Below, piece after piece: positions 62,917 through 64,000 of a stretch of 64,000 nt of DNA (positions are counted from its first letter, which is position 1; every line of letters starts with the position of its first letter). The notes beneath the pieces are model-generated. The model saw nothing but the letters and a program-made list of their open reading frames with translations, had not been told where the DNA came from and did no database searches. The translations under genes and the position numbers were made by a program. The stretch covers positions 147,002,001 through 147,066,000 of the forward strand of contig NC_042997.1 of assembly GCF_006345805.1 (NCBI RefSeq), read 5' to 3'. This DNA is from Octopus sinensis. Taxonomy: Eukaryota.

Positions 62917-64000
62917 AAAGCATGAAAACAAGAAAGCATCATAGTAACAAAACAGGCAAAGGAATATCGAAATCCCAGAATTAGCCGTACTGCAACAAGC
63001 ACAGAAAAAGCTGAGCGTATGAAAACCTGTGCTGAAACTGCTGCCTTAGATATTCTTATTGATAAATGGCAAGACATACCTCTCAATAGCAAATACCCAA
63101 AGAGAGCTAATAATGCCGATGTTTACAAAGCCCTTATCCATCAATGGTTAGTGCCTTCTGGCTTAAAATCAGAAACAGAAGGGTTTATCATAACAGCACA
63201 AGATCAATGCCTACCTACAAGGAACTACCAGGCCAATATATTAAAGAACAGCAGTAGCCCACCATGTTGTGTATGTGAACAACAAGATGAAACCATTGAT
63301 CATGTTGTCTCCATGTGCAGTCTTCTTGCGCCTACAGCGTATCTCGACAGGCATGATAGAGCAGTACAATATATATATACTGGGTAATTTGCAAAAACTT
63401 GGACCTGCACCCTGATAAAAACTGGTGGGAACACAAACCACCCCAGTGCTTGAAAATAACAACATCTAACTCCTTTGGAACTTCACCATTCAAACTAACA
63501 GAAAGATAGATGCGAAATGGCCAGATATTATATTGAAGGATTTTAGGCAAAAATCATGCCCCCTCATCGATATGACTGTCCCAATCGACATAGATATAGC
63601 TGGTCTGTCAGACCTACCAAAACCTGAGCAAGTATAAAGATGTTGAAATCGAAATTGGCAAAATGTGGAACCTCAAGACTAAAACAATACTTGTTGTTAT
63701 TGGTGCCCTAGGAATGATAGCAAAAGGGGCTGATTCTTCCTTAGCTCAGATATCAGGAAATCCCATAATGGCAGAAATTGAAAAGATAGTGCTCAAGGGA
63801 ACTATCCATATCTTACCTAAAATATTGCCTATGTAATCCCCAAAATATTTTAATCTGTAAACAGTGTCAAAATACTTTTAAATGTACATAACAGAAAACA
63901 AATTTTACTGTCATCTTAACATCAGACTATCATCTTATCAAATTACTTTAAAAACAAACTTCTAATTTACTTGTTTTGACAGACATTCTCTAGAACAATA
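62917..64000 (+). mobile_element. R4/Dong-clade 3' fragment (RT tail, CCHC, endonuclease, 3' UTR running to the window end)
   Basis: KWQDIPLNSKYPKR..QWL..SGLKSETEGFIITAQDQCLPTRNYQANI, CCVCEQQDETIDHVVSMC, KWPDIILKD..LIDMTVP, EIGKMWNLKT..VVIGALGMI. Confidence 0.88.

Overview
Repeat-saturated, AT-rich eukaryotic DNA with no recognisable intact host protein-coding gene; it reads as intronic or intergenic. The SINE families, microsatellite load and transposon set resemble an Octopus (coleoid cephalopod) genome, an inference from recalled repeat sequences and not a database match. Most track ORFs are microsatellite artefacts (YI, HT, MYVC, IYLS, poly-I/L/T). Protein-like sequence comes only from decayed transposons: four R4/Dong-clade LINE fragments, an RTE/BovB-like fragment, a Tx1/L1-like element lacking its RT, a CR1-clade LINE, a Penelope-like element, a full-length dead mariner and smaller Tc1/mariner pieces. 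There are also about 30 tRNA-derived SINE copies, several MITE/foldback elements and a Helentron-type (HINE/DINE-1-like) element. The most interesting signals are: (1) hammerhead-ribozyme (HHR) motifs, including a palindromic double-HHR element with a 13-bp target-site duplication and four variant-core HHRs; (2) retrotransposons sitting inside specific microsatellites; (3) a SINE multimer whose junction recurs at two loci; (4) a high density of foldback structures; (5) a weak candidate for a spliced minus-strand non-coding transcript. All coordinates were read by eye, so element edges are approximate unless a TSD or TIR fixes them.
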